A stretch of 64,000 nt of DNA, taken from the NCBI GenBank assembly GCA_965276625.1, contig CBDIBB010000003.1, positions 1,270,174-1,334,173 on the forward strand, in the 5' to 3' direction. Both the position numbers and the translations under genes were made by a program. The notes beneath the pieces are model-generated. The model was not told the origin of the DNA. It did not search any database and saw nothing but the letters and a program-made list of their open reading frames with translations. Shown here piece after piece: positions 8,731-18,456 of this stretch; the first letter of the stretch is position 1; each line of letters starts with the position of its first letter. The stretch is from Acidobacteriaceae bacterium (GTDB lineage Bacteria; Acidobacteriota; Terriglobia; Terriglobales; Acidobacteriaceae).

Positions 8731-8797
8731 GGGTGAAGGGTGAAAGGTGAAGGGGTTAAAGGGTAGGTGTCGAAGTGTAAGGGGTTGAAGGTTAAAG
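8731..8797 (+). repeat. Degenerate G-run / GGTGAAG-type short repeat array in the ku 3' region
   Basis: Sequence is gggtgaagggtgaaaggtgaaggggttaaagggtaggtgtcgaagtgtaaggggttgaaggttaaag. It has at least 5 runs of GGG/GGGG on the sense strand of ku. Confidence 0.7.
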
Positions 8798-8820
8798 CGC
8801 GGGAACACGGGTGCCGGTGC

Positions 8821-8846
8821 CCCACATCTCGCTTCTGAGATGTGGG
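8821..8846 (+). repeat. Perfect 10-bp-stem hairpin (family A, copy 1)
   Basis: CCCACATCTC gcttct GAGATGTGGG, preceded by gggtgc and followed by a. The second copy is at 24881-24906. Confidence 0.85.
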
Positions 8847-8931
8847 AACCACATAAGCTCGCGCCTCTTCCCCACAGACAGAAAAAGCGCCAGGCCCAAG
8901 CATTGCGCTCCCCTATAACACCCCGCTCACC

Positions 8932-9918
8932 TCAAAGATCCATCGTGGCATCCTCAATCGCACGCCGCACATTCCCATCCGAGCGGGCCAGCCGGCGAAC
9001 CGCCTCCTGCTTGTCGACCTTCGCTTTCAGCATCACCAGCGCCACCGGCACACTCCGCCCCGCGCTCTTGATCACATTCACAGCCTCATCGCGGCTCACA
9101 CCGCACGCCCGCTTCAGGATCGAAATCCCGCGCTCCACCAGCTTCGAGTTCTGCATGTGGACGTGCACCATCAGGTTCTCGTACACATAGCCCAGCCGGG
9201 TCATCGCCCCTGTGGTAATCATGTTGGTGATCATCTTCTGCGCGGTCGCGGCCTTCATCCGGGTCGACCCGGAGATTACCTCGGGCCCCACATCGGCGAC
9301 AATCGCGATATCCGCCGCATTGGCGATCGGCGTGTTCAGGTTGCAGGTGATGCAAGCGGTCCGGGCTCCCTGCGTCCGAGCATACGCAATCGCAGCGACA
9401 ACGTATGGGGTGCGTCCGCTGGCCGAAAGCCCGATCACCACGTCCTTGCGAGAAGGCCGCCGACGCGCAATATCACGCTGGCCCAGCTCCTCGGAATCCT
9501 CATTCACCTCGACCGGCGACGCCAGCGCCTTGGGGCCGCCCGCCATAATGTACTGAATCGAGTGCGGGTCGTTCGAGAAATAAGGCGGGCACTCGCAGGA
9601 GTCAAGTGCGGCAATCCGGCCGCTCGACCCCGCTCCTATATAGATAAGCCGACCACCCTCGCGCAGCGACCGAGCCACCGCGTCGATCACCTGGGCAATC
9701 TCCGGCAGCGCCTTCTTGACCGCCGCCGCCACCTTCGCGTCCTCGTGATTGATGATCCGGGCAATCTCAAGTGCGGACTTCGTATCGAAGCCCTGCGAAG
9801 CTTCGTTCGAGCTTTCCGTCGTCAGCTTGTGAAGGGGAAGCTCTTCGTAAGGCTCGGACTGCGCTTCAAAGGGTGCTTGACTGATCGTCGCCATCGTTTT
9901 CTCTTGGCCTTCCTGCAT
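8932..9918 (-). CDS. murQ: N-acetylmuramic acid 6-phosphate etherase
   Basis: SIS-domain signature GGRLIYIGAGSSGRIAALDSCECPPYF plus a conserved C-terminal helix region. Alternative start is at MATIS (9894). Confidence 0.88.
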   Translation of the reverse strand: MQEGQEKTMATISQAPFEAQSEPYEELPLHKLTTESSNEASQGFDTKSALEIARIINHEDAKVAAAVKKALPEIAQVIDAVARSLREGGRLIYIGAGSSGRIAALDSCECPPYFSNDPHSIQYIMAGGPKALASPVEVNEDSEELGQRDIARRRPSRKDVVIGLSASGRTPYVVAAIAYARTQGARTACITCNLNTPIANAADIAIVADVGPEVISGSTRMKAATAQKMITNMITTGAMTRLGYVYENLMVHVHMQNSKLVERGISILKRACGVSRDEAVNVIKSAGRSVPVALVMLKAKVDKQEAVRRLARSDGNVRRAIEDATMDL

Positions 9919-9983
9919 CGTGATTGTAAGCCTCCGGTGGTACTCCTGGCTTGCCTTGGGTTCATCATTCGTGAGCGAAAGTA

Positions 9984-11090
9984 CTACCCCGAAAGCGCTT
10001 GCCTTACAGCATCATGAAAAGCCGGGCGAATTCCCTGGATCTTCCTGTTCTCCCTCGTCGGGAAAGTTCGGTTGGTCAGCAGGACCACCGCCGCATCCTC
10101 CAGCGGATCGATCCAGAGCGACGTCCCCGTGTATCCCAGGTGACCAAAGGATAACCCGCTGAAGCGCGTTCCCGACGAAGAAGGAGAACCGCTCGGCGTA
10201 TCCCACCCCAGCGCCCGCGAGCTGCCCTCCGGCAAACCGGCTCGTTTCGTGAACAGCCGAACCGCCTCCGCCGTGAAAATCTGCGCCGCAGCACCACCCC
10301 GCAGCGGCGCCAGCATCGCCTCCGCGAACCTCAGCACATCCCCAGCCGGCGCGAACAGCCCCGCATGGCCCGCAACCCCGCCCAGCACAAAGCAGTTCTC
10401 GTCATGCACCTCGCCCTGCACCACCCGCCCGCGGAACCTGCGGTCCTCCTCCGTCGGCGGAATCGCCGCCCGCGTTTCAGGCCGGAACCGCGTCTGCCCC
10501 ATCCCCAGCGGCCCGAAAATCTCCCGCCCGCAAAACCGGTCGAGGCTCTCCCCGGCCAGCATCTCAAGGGCTTTTCCCAGCAGGATAAATCCAGGGTCGG
10601 AGTAAGCCGCCACCGTCCCCGGTTCCGCCTCCATCGGCAGCCTGCACACCGCCTCCAGCAGCGCATCCGCATCCCCGCACCGCTTGAACAGCGGCGCATA
10701 CCCCGGCAACCCACTGCCATGGGCAAACAGCAGCCGCAGCGTCACCCGCTTCCTCCAGCCCTGCTCGTCCGGCCATGCCGCGAACCGCGGCAACAGCTCA
10801 TCCAGCGGCCTGTCCAGGTCGAGCACACCCCTCTGCCACAGCAGCATCGCCATCGCGGTGGTCGCAACCACCTTCGTCAAACTGGCAAGATCGTAGGAAG
10901 TTTCAACTCCGACCGCAGCGCTCTCCGGCTCAAACCTGAACCGCCCCACCGCCCCTAGCGCCACAACCCGCCCCCGGTGCAGCACCCCGAACACCGCCCC
11001 CGGAAACGCCCCGTCCGCGACCGCCGCCTCCAGCAGCCGCACCACCGATTCAAACCGCGAAGCCGTCTTGTCGAGCGGGGCAGCAGTCAC
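9984..11090 (-). CDS. Serine hydrolase of the beta-lactamase / penicillin-binding (class C-like) family
   Basis: SxxK active-site motif in YDLASLTKVVATTAMAMLL. Length 368 aa. Confidence 0.8.
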   Translation of the reverse strand: MTAAPLDKTASRFESVVRLLEAAVADGAFPGAVFGVLHRGRVVALGAVGRFRFEPESAAVGVETSYDLASLTKVVATTAMAMLLWQRGVLDLDRPLDELLPRFAAWPDEQGWRKRVTLRLLFAHGSGLPGYAPLFKRCGDADALLEAVCRLPMEAEPGTVAAYSDPGFILLGKALEMLAGESLDRFCGREIFGPLGMGQTRFRPETRAAIPPTEEDRRFRGRVVQGEVHDENCFVLGGVAGHAGLFAPAGDVLRFAEAMLAPLRGGAAAQIFTAEAVRLFTKRAGLPEGSSRALGWDTPSGSPSSSGTRFSGLSFGHLGYTGTSLWIDPLEDAAVVLLTNRTFPTRENRKIQGIRPAFHDAVRQALSG

Positions 11091-11180
11091 GATCAGTACA
11101 GATGCGCCCAGCGTCGAAACCGTCTATAAAGGTGGCAGGGAAGCAGCCATGAACGACACAAGCCCGCCCGGCGGTCTCGG

Positions 11181-11717
11181 GTGCCCGTAAACCCACAGCA
11201 CAGCATCGGCGCGCAAATCCGCACCTGGCTCCGCGACCTCATGATCTCCGTCGCCGCCTCCGCCGTCATCATCACCTGCCTCTACCAGCCGGTGCGCGTC
11301 GAAGGCACCAGCATGCAGCCCCGCCTGCATGACAACGACCGCCTCTTCATCAACAAGTTCGTCTATCGCTTCGAGCACATCCAGCGCGGCGATGTCGTCG
11401 TCTTCCACTACCCCGGCGACCCCTCCAAAAGCTACATCAAACGCGTCATCGCCCTGCCCGGCGACGACCTCCGCATCACCGACGGCGTCGTCTACCTCAA
11501 CGGCCACGCGCTCAGCGAGCCCTACGTCCCCGCCCGCTTCGAAGACGGCCGCTCCGTACCCGAGAAAATAATTCCACCCAACGACTACTGGGTCATGGGC
11601 GACCACCGCTCCATCTCAAGTGACAGCCGCGACTTCGGCGCCGTCCCCCGCAACCTCATCTACGGCAAAGCCGCCTTTATCTACTGGCCCGCCGACGGCG
11701 CCGGCGTCGTGCGATAA
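11181..11717 (+). CDS. lepB: Signal peptidase I
   Basis: Catalytic Ser box VEGTSMQPRL, Lys box YIKRVIALPGD and the C-terminal box GDHRSISSDSRDFG. The start is GTG. Confidence 0.92.
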   Translation: MPVNPQHSIGAQIRTWLRDLMISVAASAVIITCLYQPVRVEGTSMQPRLHDNDRLFINKFVYRFEHIQRGDVVVFHYPGDPSKSYIKRVIALPGDDLRITDGVVYLNGHALSEPYVPARFEDGRSVPEKIIPPNDYWVMGDHRSISSDSRDFGAVPRNLIYGKAAFIYWPADGAGVVR

Positions 11718-11726
11718 ACCGCAAAA

Positions 11727-11857
11727 CCGCCTACGCGGCTCGCGGTCACTTCGTGACATGTTCTTGTTAAACGCGACCCAACGGGAGCGCCACGGAACCA
11801 ACAAGAACACGCCACGGTAGGGCTATGCCCCAAAGTGGCCGCCTCCCGCGTAGGGGG
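11727..11857. repeat. REP/MITE-like element (family B, copy 1) between lepB and the GNAT gene
   Basis: The left 32-mer is ccgcctacgcggctcgcggtcacttcgtgaca (11727-11758). There is an internal perfect 10-bp stem, tgttcttgtt (11759-68) / aacaagaaca (11800-09). The right end ccgcgtaggggg (11846-57) is the inverse of the left terminus. Confidence 0.6.
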
Positions 11858-11868
11858 TCTTGCCTTAA

Positions 11869-12390
11869 CTAAGCCCCGATCTGTACCAGCTGTCTCGCCT
11901 CCGCGCGCGTGCCCAGGATCGACACCCGCGGCACCTCCCCGCGCGCCATCGCCACCTCATCGCAGCGCGAAATCCGCGGACAGTTCTGGCAGTCCTTGTA
12001 AATCTTGTCCGGCAGCGCATCGCGCTCCGTCACTTCCTTAAAGCCGTGCCGAAAAAAGAAGTTCGGGATCCGCGTAAACAGGCACACGCAGCCAATCCCG
12101 TGCAGCTCGCTCTCCTCCAGCAGCGCAGCCAGCAGCCTCGCCCCCACGCCCCGGCCCTTCGCCTCGGGCTTCACCACAATCGATCGCACCTCCGCCAGGT
12201 GCGGCCCGTACAGGTGCAGCGCGCCGCACCCCAGGAACGCGCCCGCATCACTCTCCGCCACCGTAAAATCACGCACGTTCTCGCATATCTCTGAGAACAC
12301 GCGGCGCAGCAGCGTCCCGTCGAGCGACAGCGAGTTCACCAGCTCGTAAATATTCGTCGCATCCTGCAGCAGCGCCTTACGTACTCGCAT
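11869..12390 (-). CDS. GNAT N-acetyltransferase, short ArgA-like (putative N-acetylglutamate synthase)
   Basis: ORF 11869..12474 trimmed to ATG 12390 (MRVRKALLQDATNIY). The acetyl-CoA motif is VKPEAKGRGVGARLLAAL. It is the last gene of the arg operon and overlaps the argH stop by 14 nt. Confidence 0.7.
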   Translation of the reverse strand: MRVRKALLQDATNIYELVNSLSLDGTLLRRVFSEICENVRDFTVAESDAGAFLGCGALHLYGPHLAEVRSIVVKPEAKGRGVGARLLAALLEESELHGIGCVCLFTRIPNFFFRHGFKEVTERDALPDKIYKDCQNCPRISRCDEVAMARGEVPRVSILGTRAEARQLVQIGA

Positions 12391-13848
12391 GGCCTGCTTC
12401 CTCCCGCTCGCCCGGCGCGTCCAGCTCCACGCGCCCATGCCGAGCCACCAGCGCCTGCACCCGCTCCTCCGCATCGCGCACCGCGGCCCCCACCCGCGCG
12501 CGCGCCGTTCCGCCCATCACGTCGTGGCAGTCAAGCGTCGCCTCAAGCGTGATCGCCGCATACACATCCTCACCAAACAGCGGTTCGATATTCTGTAACT
12601 CTGTCAGTGACAATTCTCCCAGCTCGCGCCCTGTCTCCATGCCCAACCGTACCGCCGCGCCAATCCGTTCGTGCGCCGTGCGAAAGGGAAGACCCTTGGT
12701 CGTCAGATAGGTAGCAGCCGCCATGGCATTCAGATAGCCGCTCTCGCACGCCGCTCGCATCCTGCCTGTGTTGAATCTCACCGCACGGGTAAACTTCGCC
12801 AGCAGGTACAGCGTCAGGTGCGTCGCCCCCGTTGCCGTAAACACCGGCTCCTGCGTCTCCTGCATATCCTTGTTGTAAGCCAGCGGCAGGCCCTTCAGCG
12901 TCAGCAACACACTCTGCGTCGCGCCTGAGATGCGCCCCACCTTCGCCCGCACCAGCTCCGTCAAGTCAGGGTTCTGCTTCTGCGGCATCGCGCTCGAGCC
13001 CGTCGAATACGCCTCCGGCAGTGTTACAAATCCAAACTCTGCGGTCGCGAACAACGTCATCTCCTCCGCGAACCGGCTCATATGCACGCCCACGATTGTC
13101 AATACCTGCAGGTACTCCAGCACAAAATCGCGGTCGCTCGTCGCATCCATACTGTTCGCCGTCGGCGCCGTAAACCCCAGCTCCCGCGCAGCGATCGTGC
13201 GGTCCAGCCGCAGCGTCGCCCCCGCTACCGCGCCCGATCCCAGCGGGCAGTAATTCATCCGCGCCGCGCACTCCTCCAGCCGCTCTGCATCGCGCAGCAG
13301 CATCTCGACATACGCCAGCAGCCAGTGCGCCACCAGCACCGGCTCCGCCCGCTGCAGATGCGTGTACGCCGGCATCACCGCATCGCCGGCGGCCTTCGCC
13401 TGTGCCACCAATTGGTATATCCATGCCCCCAGGTGTATAAGCATCGCCTGCACGCGCGAGCGAATATACAGCCGCAGGTCCGTCGCAATCTGCTCGTTGC
13501 GCGAGCGGCCCGTGTGCAGCTTCAATCCAAGCTCGCCAACCCGCTTCACCAGCTCGAGTTCAACAAAATGGTGAATGTCCTCGGCATCGTTTTGCATCGG
13601 TTGCGGAGGAACCGGCTGTTCCCCAAGCCTGTGCCCCTGACCCAGAAACGTGCGTTGAACATCATCCAGGGCCGAGGCAATCTGCTCCTGCTCGCTCGGC
13701 GTAAAAACGTGAGCATCGAGCAGTGCCAGCGAGTGCGCTTTGCTTGCGGCGCACTCCTGCGAAAGCAATCGGCGGTCGAAGGAAAACGACCTCTGCCAAT
13801 GATCGAAAACCTCATCCAGCGGCTCCCTGAACCGCCCCGACCACATCT

Positions 13849-13852
<4 letters not shown>
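12377..13852 (-). CDS. argH: Argininosuccinate lyase
   Basis: MWSGRF N-terminus and the fumarate-lyase signature GSSAMPQKQNPD. Confidence 0.95.
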
Positions 13853-15102
<1,250 letters not shown>

Positions 15103-15118
15103 TTCCCGCCCGTATAGT

Positions 15119-15170
15119 CCTTGCCTGTTGCCCTTGCCTGTTGCCCTTGCCTGTTGCCCTCGCCTGTTAA
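15119..15170 (-). repeat. Tandem 13-mer x4 in the argF-argG spacer
   Basis: On the plus strand: ccttgcctgttgc x3, then cctcgcctgttaa. On the sense (minus) strand the unit is GCAACAGGCAAGG. Confidence 0.9.
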
Positions 15171-15198
15171 CTGCTCACTGCTCCCTGCTCCCTGCTCC
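15171..15198 (-). repeat. Tandem 7-mer x4 overlapping the argF stop
   Basis: On the plus strand: ctgctca ctgctcc ctgctcc ctgctcc. On the sense strand it encodes the C-terminal GAGSREQ tail of argF. Confidence 0.85.
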
Positions 15199-16200
15199 CA
15201 CCCGCGCCCCCAGCAGCAACAACAGCACAGCCTTTTGCACATGCATCCGGTTCTCCGCCTGCTCAAACACCACCGAGTTCGGCCCGTCGAACACCGCGTC
15301 CGTCACCTCGGCATTCCGGTGCGCCGGCAAACAGTGCATAAACGCCGCATGTGGCTGTGCATACGCCATCAGCGTCTCGTTCACCTGGTACGGCTTGAAG
15401 ATGGGCGCGCGCTTCGTCGCCTCGTGCTCAAACCCCATGCTCGTGCACACGTCCGTGTACACCGCGTCCGCGCCCGTCACCGCCGCAATCGGGTCCTGCA
15501 CCAGCGTGATATTTGACCCGGTCACATTCGCGATCGCCCGCGCCTGCGCCACCACATCGGCCTTCGGCGCATAGTTCTTCGGCGTGCCGACCGTGCAGTG
15601 CGCGCCAAGCTGCGCGGCCAGCAGCATCAGCGAGTGGCACACGTTATTCCCGTCGCCGACATACGTAAAATGCACCCCGCGCGCCGACCCGCCAAAGCGC
15701 TCTTCCACCGTCATAAAGTCCGCCAGCGCCTGGCACGGATGCTCATGGTCGCTCAACGCATTGATCACCGGGCACGCCGCATACTGCGCCATCTCGGTAA
15801 TCGTTTCGTGTGAGTACGTCCGCAGCACGATCGCCTGCACCCACCGCTCCACATTGCGCGCCATGTCGGCCAGCGACTCGCGCTCTCCCAGCGGCGACTG
15901 CGTCTGGTCGACAAACATCGCCGACCCGCCCGTCGTATTCATCGCCACCTCAAACGTCAGCCGTGTTCGCAGCGATGCCTTCTCGAAAAACATCACCATC
16001 TGTTGCGCGTCGAGCGCGGAGCGAAACGCCGCGGGCTGCGCTTTCACGCGGTGCGCGAGCGAAAGGATCGCGGCCGCTTCCACAGGCGACAGGTCGGCAA
16101 TCGAGCAGAGGTCCCTGCCCGCAAGGCTCGCGCGCGCCGCCTCGAACGCCTCAGGCGTGAGTGGCGTAATTGCCTCCACCGGGGAAACAACAGAAGTCAC
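15175..16200 (-). CDS. argF: Ornithine carbamoyltransferase
   Basis: Contains HPCQALAD, DVCTSMG (DxxxSMG) and FMHCLPAHR. The carbamoyl-phosphate motif reads SLRTR instead of STRTR. The start is placed at GTG 16200, 4 nt after the argD stop; the longer ORF (to 16323) overlaps argD. Confidence 0.85.
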   Translation of the reverse strand: MTSVVSPVEAITPLTPEAFEAARASLAGRDLCSIADLSPVEAAAILSLAHRVKAQPAAFRSALDAQQMVMFFEKASLRTRLTFEVAMNTTGGSAMFVDQTQSPLGERESLADMARNVERWVQAIVLRTYSHETITEMAQYAACPVINALSDHEHPCQALADFMTVEERFGGSARGVHFTYVGDGNNVCHSLMLLAAQLGAHCTVGTPKNYAPKADVVAQARAIANVTGSNITLVQDPIAAVTGADAVYTDVCTSMGFEHEATKRAPIFKPYQVNETLMAYAQPHAAFMHCLPAHRNAEVTDAVFDGPNSVVFEQAENRMHVQKAVLLLLLGARVGAGSREQ

Positions 16201-16204
16201 AGTG

Positions 16205-17464
16205 TCAGTCGCCAATTTTTCCTCCAGTGCCGGCCGCAGCCTGCAGCTGCTGTTCGCCGGTCGCGGCCAGTGTCTTGTCGAGCGCGTCGATCGCCAGGTC
16301 GACGTGCGACGTTTCCAGAACATACGGCGGCAAAAAGCGCAGCACGGTCTCGCTCGTGCGGTTCAGCAGCACATGGTGCTGCTTCCACATCGCCTCCAGC
16401 ACCGCCTTCGCATGCTCCGCATCGTTCAGCTCAATCGCCAGCATCAGTCCCTTGCCGCGAACGTCGATGATCGCGCCATGCCGCTTCTGCAACTGCAGCA
16501 GTTGCGAATAGAAGTAGACGCCGACCTCTTCCACATGGTTTAGCAGCCCCGAGCGCTCTATCTCGTCGAACACCGCAACCGCCACCCGGCACGCCAGCGG
16601 CCCGCCGCCGAACGTCGTGCCGTGCAGCCCCGGGTGCATCGCGCGCGATACCTCTTCCGTGCACAGCACAGCGCCCAGCGGCAGCCCCCCGGCGAGCGGC
16701 TTCGCCAGCGTCGTAATGTCGGGCTCAACGCCGTAGTGCTGATACGCGAACCATTTGCCCGTGCGTCCAAACCCCGCCTGTATCTCATCGAGCACCAGCA
16801 GCGCGCCGGTCTCGCGCGTCAACCGCCGCGCCGCATCCATAAACTCCTGCGACACCGGGCGAATCCCGCCCTCGCCCTGGATCGGTTCCACCAGCAGCGC
16901 GCAGTACTCATCGCTCCACGCTGCTTCAAGCGCAACCGTGTCATCGAATGCAATGAAATCTACCCCCGGCATCACCGGTGCGAATGGCTCGCGATACTTC
17001 TCCTTGTGCGTCGTCGCGACCGAGCCCATCGTGCGCCCGTGGAACGAACCCTCAAGCGCCAGGAACCGCGTGCCTAACTGCGCGCCCTCGCTCCGCCGCA
17101 GGCCGCCGTAAGCACGCGCCAGCTTCAGCGCCGCCTCCCATGCCTCCGTGCCGCTGTTGCAAAAGAACGCGCGATCCAGCCCGCTGGCTTTCGTCAGGCG
17201 CAGCGCCAACTCCGCCTGCCCGTCATGAAAGAAGAGATTTGAAATATGGATCGGCGCGCGACTGCCCTCGACCAGCGCCCGCTCAACCACCGGGTGGGCA
17301 TACCCCAACGCATTCACGCCGATCCCGCTCAGCAGGTCTAGGTATTTCTCCCCGCCCTCGGTGTGCAGGTAAACACCCTCGCCCCCGGTCACCAGCAGCG
17401 GGTTGCGCTCATACGTTGGCAGCAGCAGCAGCCGCTCTGCGGCCTGGATTTCCTCAAGCTTCAT
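16205..17464 (-). CDS. argD: Acetylornithine aminotransferase
   Basis: Class III PLP aminotransferase ([38 protein letters not shown]). ATG 17464 is preceded by GGGAGTGG. A GTG alternative lies at 17491. Confidence 0.92.
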   Translation of the reverse strand: MKLEEIQAAERLLLLPTYERNPLLVTGGEGVYLHTEGGEKYLDLLSGIGVNALGYAHPVVERALVEGSRAPIHISNLFFHDGQAELALRLTKASGLDRAFFCNSGTEAWEAALKLARAYGGLRRSEGAQLGTRFLALEGSFHGRTMGSVATTHKEKYREPFAPVMPGVDFIAFDDTVALEAAWSDEYCALLVEPIQGEGGIRPVSQEFMDAARRLTRETGALLVLDEIQAGFGRTGKWFAYQHYGVEPDITTLAKPLAGGLPLGAVLCTEEVSRAMHPGLHGTTFGGGPLACRVAVAVFDEIERSGLLNHVEEVGVYFYSQLLQLQKRHGAIIDVRGKGLMLAIELNDAEHAKAVLEAMWKQHHVLLNRTSETVLRFLPPYVLETSHVDLAIDALDKTLAATGEQQLQAAAGTGGKIGD

Positions 17465-17511
17465 TTCCGTATCACCACTCCCTGTTTCCACTCTCGTTCA
17501 ACGAGAAGCAA

Positions 17512-17674
17512 TTAAGGGTGAAGGGTAAAGGGTGTAACAAACAGGAAGCAGTTCGATACACAACTCGTGAGCCACCAACACCCCCGAGCTCTGCATTCGT
17601 CCGTTCGATCTTGCCCGTTCGCCCTTGCCCGTTACACCCTGCTTCCCGCCTGTTACACCCTCCACCCTCGCCCC
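17512..17674 (-). repeat. Inverted G-run / C-run repeat arms in the argB-argD spacer
   Basis: The left arm is ttaagggtgaagggtaaagggtgtaacaaacaggaagcag (17512-17551). The reverse complement of the right arm (17610-17674) reads ggggcgagggtggagggtgtaacaggcgggaagcagggtgtaacgggcaagggcgaacgggcaag. Confidence 0.75.
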
Positions 17675-18456
17675 TACGCCACCAGCACTTCCGTCCCATC
17701 CACCACCCGCGCCGAGCACAAATCCGGCAGCATCCCCGCACTCTCCGCCGGCAGAATCCGCACCCGCTTCACCCCCTGCGTCAGCGCCTCGCGACATGCG
17801 TGCAGCTTCGGCAGCATCCCGCCCGTAATCACCGCGTCCCGCGTCAGCGTCGCAATCTGCTCGATATTCAGCCAGCGCATCACCGCGCCATCGGCCCCCA
17901 GCACCCCCGGCACATCCGTCAGAAACACCAGTGCATCCGCATGACACGCCGCCGCGCACGCCGCCGCCATCTCATCCGCGTTCACGTTGTAGTACTCGCC
18001 GTCAAACCCCAGCGCGATGCTCGACAACACCGGCACCCCGCCCATGTTCCAGATCGCCTCCAGCCAGCGCGGATCAGCCGCCGCGATCTCGCCCACAAAT
18101 CCCAGGTCCGGCGCCGTCCGCTTTTTCCGCGCGCGAAACACCATCCCGTCCCCGCCCGAGATCCCCATCGCCGGAACAGCCTGCGCCGTCAGCGCCGCCA
18201 CCAGCGCCTTGTTCACCGCGCCGCCCAGCACCATCAGCGCCGTGTCCCGCGTCTCCGCATCGGTAATCCGCAGCCCGCCCACAAACTCGCTCACCTTGCC
18301 CAGCTGTTTCAGCGTGCGCGTAAGCTGCACGCCGCCGCCATGCACCACGGCCACCCGATGCCCGGCGCGCTGCAGCTCGGCGATTGAGTGCGCGCACATA
18401 CGCAGCAGCGCCGCATCCTCAAGCGTCACCCCGCCCAGCTTCACAATGTACTTCAC
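17674..18456 (-). CDS. argB: Acetylglutamate kinase
   Basis: KYIVKLGG N-terminus and the VVHGGG motif. Its GTG start overlaps the argC stop (GTGA). Confidence 0.93.
   Translation of the reverse strand: MKYIVKLGGVTLEDAALLRMCAHSIAELQRAGHRVAVVHGGGVQLTRTLKQLGKVSEFVGGLRITDAETRDTALMVLGGAVNKALVAALTAQAVPAMGISGGDGMVFRARKKRTAPDLGFVGEIAAADPRWLEAIWNMGGVPVLSSIALGFDGEYYNVNADEMAAACAAACHADALVFLTDVPGVLGADGAVMRWLNIEQIATLTRDAVITGGMLPKLHACREALTQGVKRVRILPAESAGMLPDLCSARVVDGTEVLVA

Noticed and set aside
15119-15170. Possible CRISPR array (also considered at 38673-38714)
   Set aside because: The units are only 13-14 nt and directly tandem with no spacers. No cas genes are present. These are microsatellite-like tandem repeats, not CRISPR.
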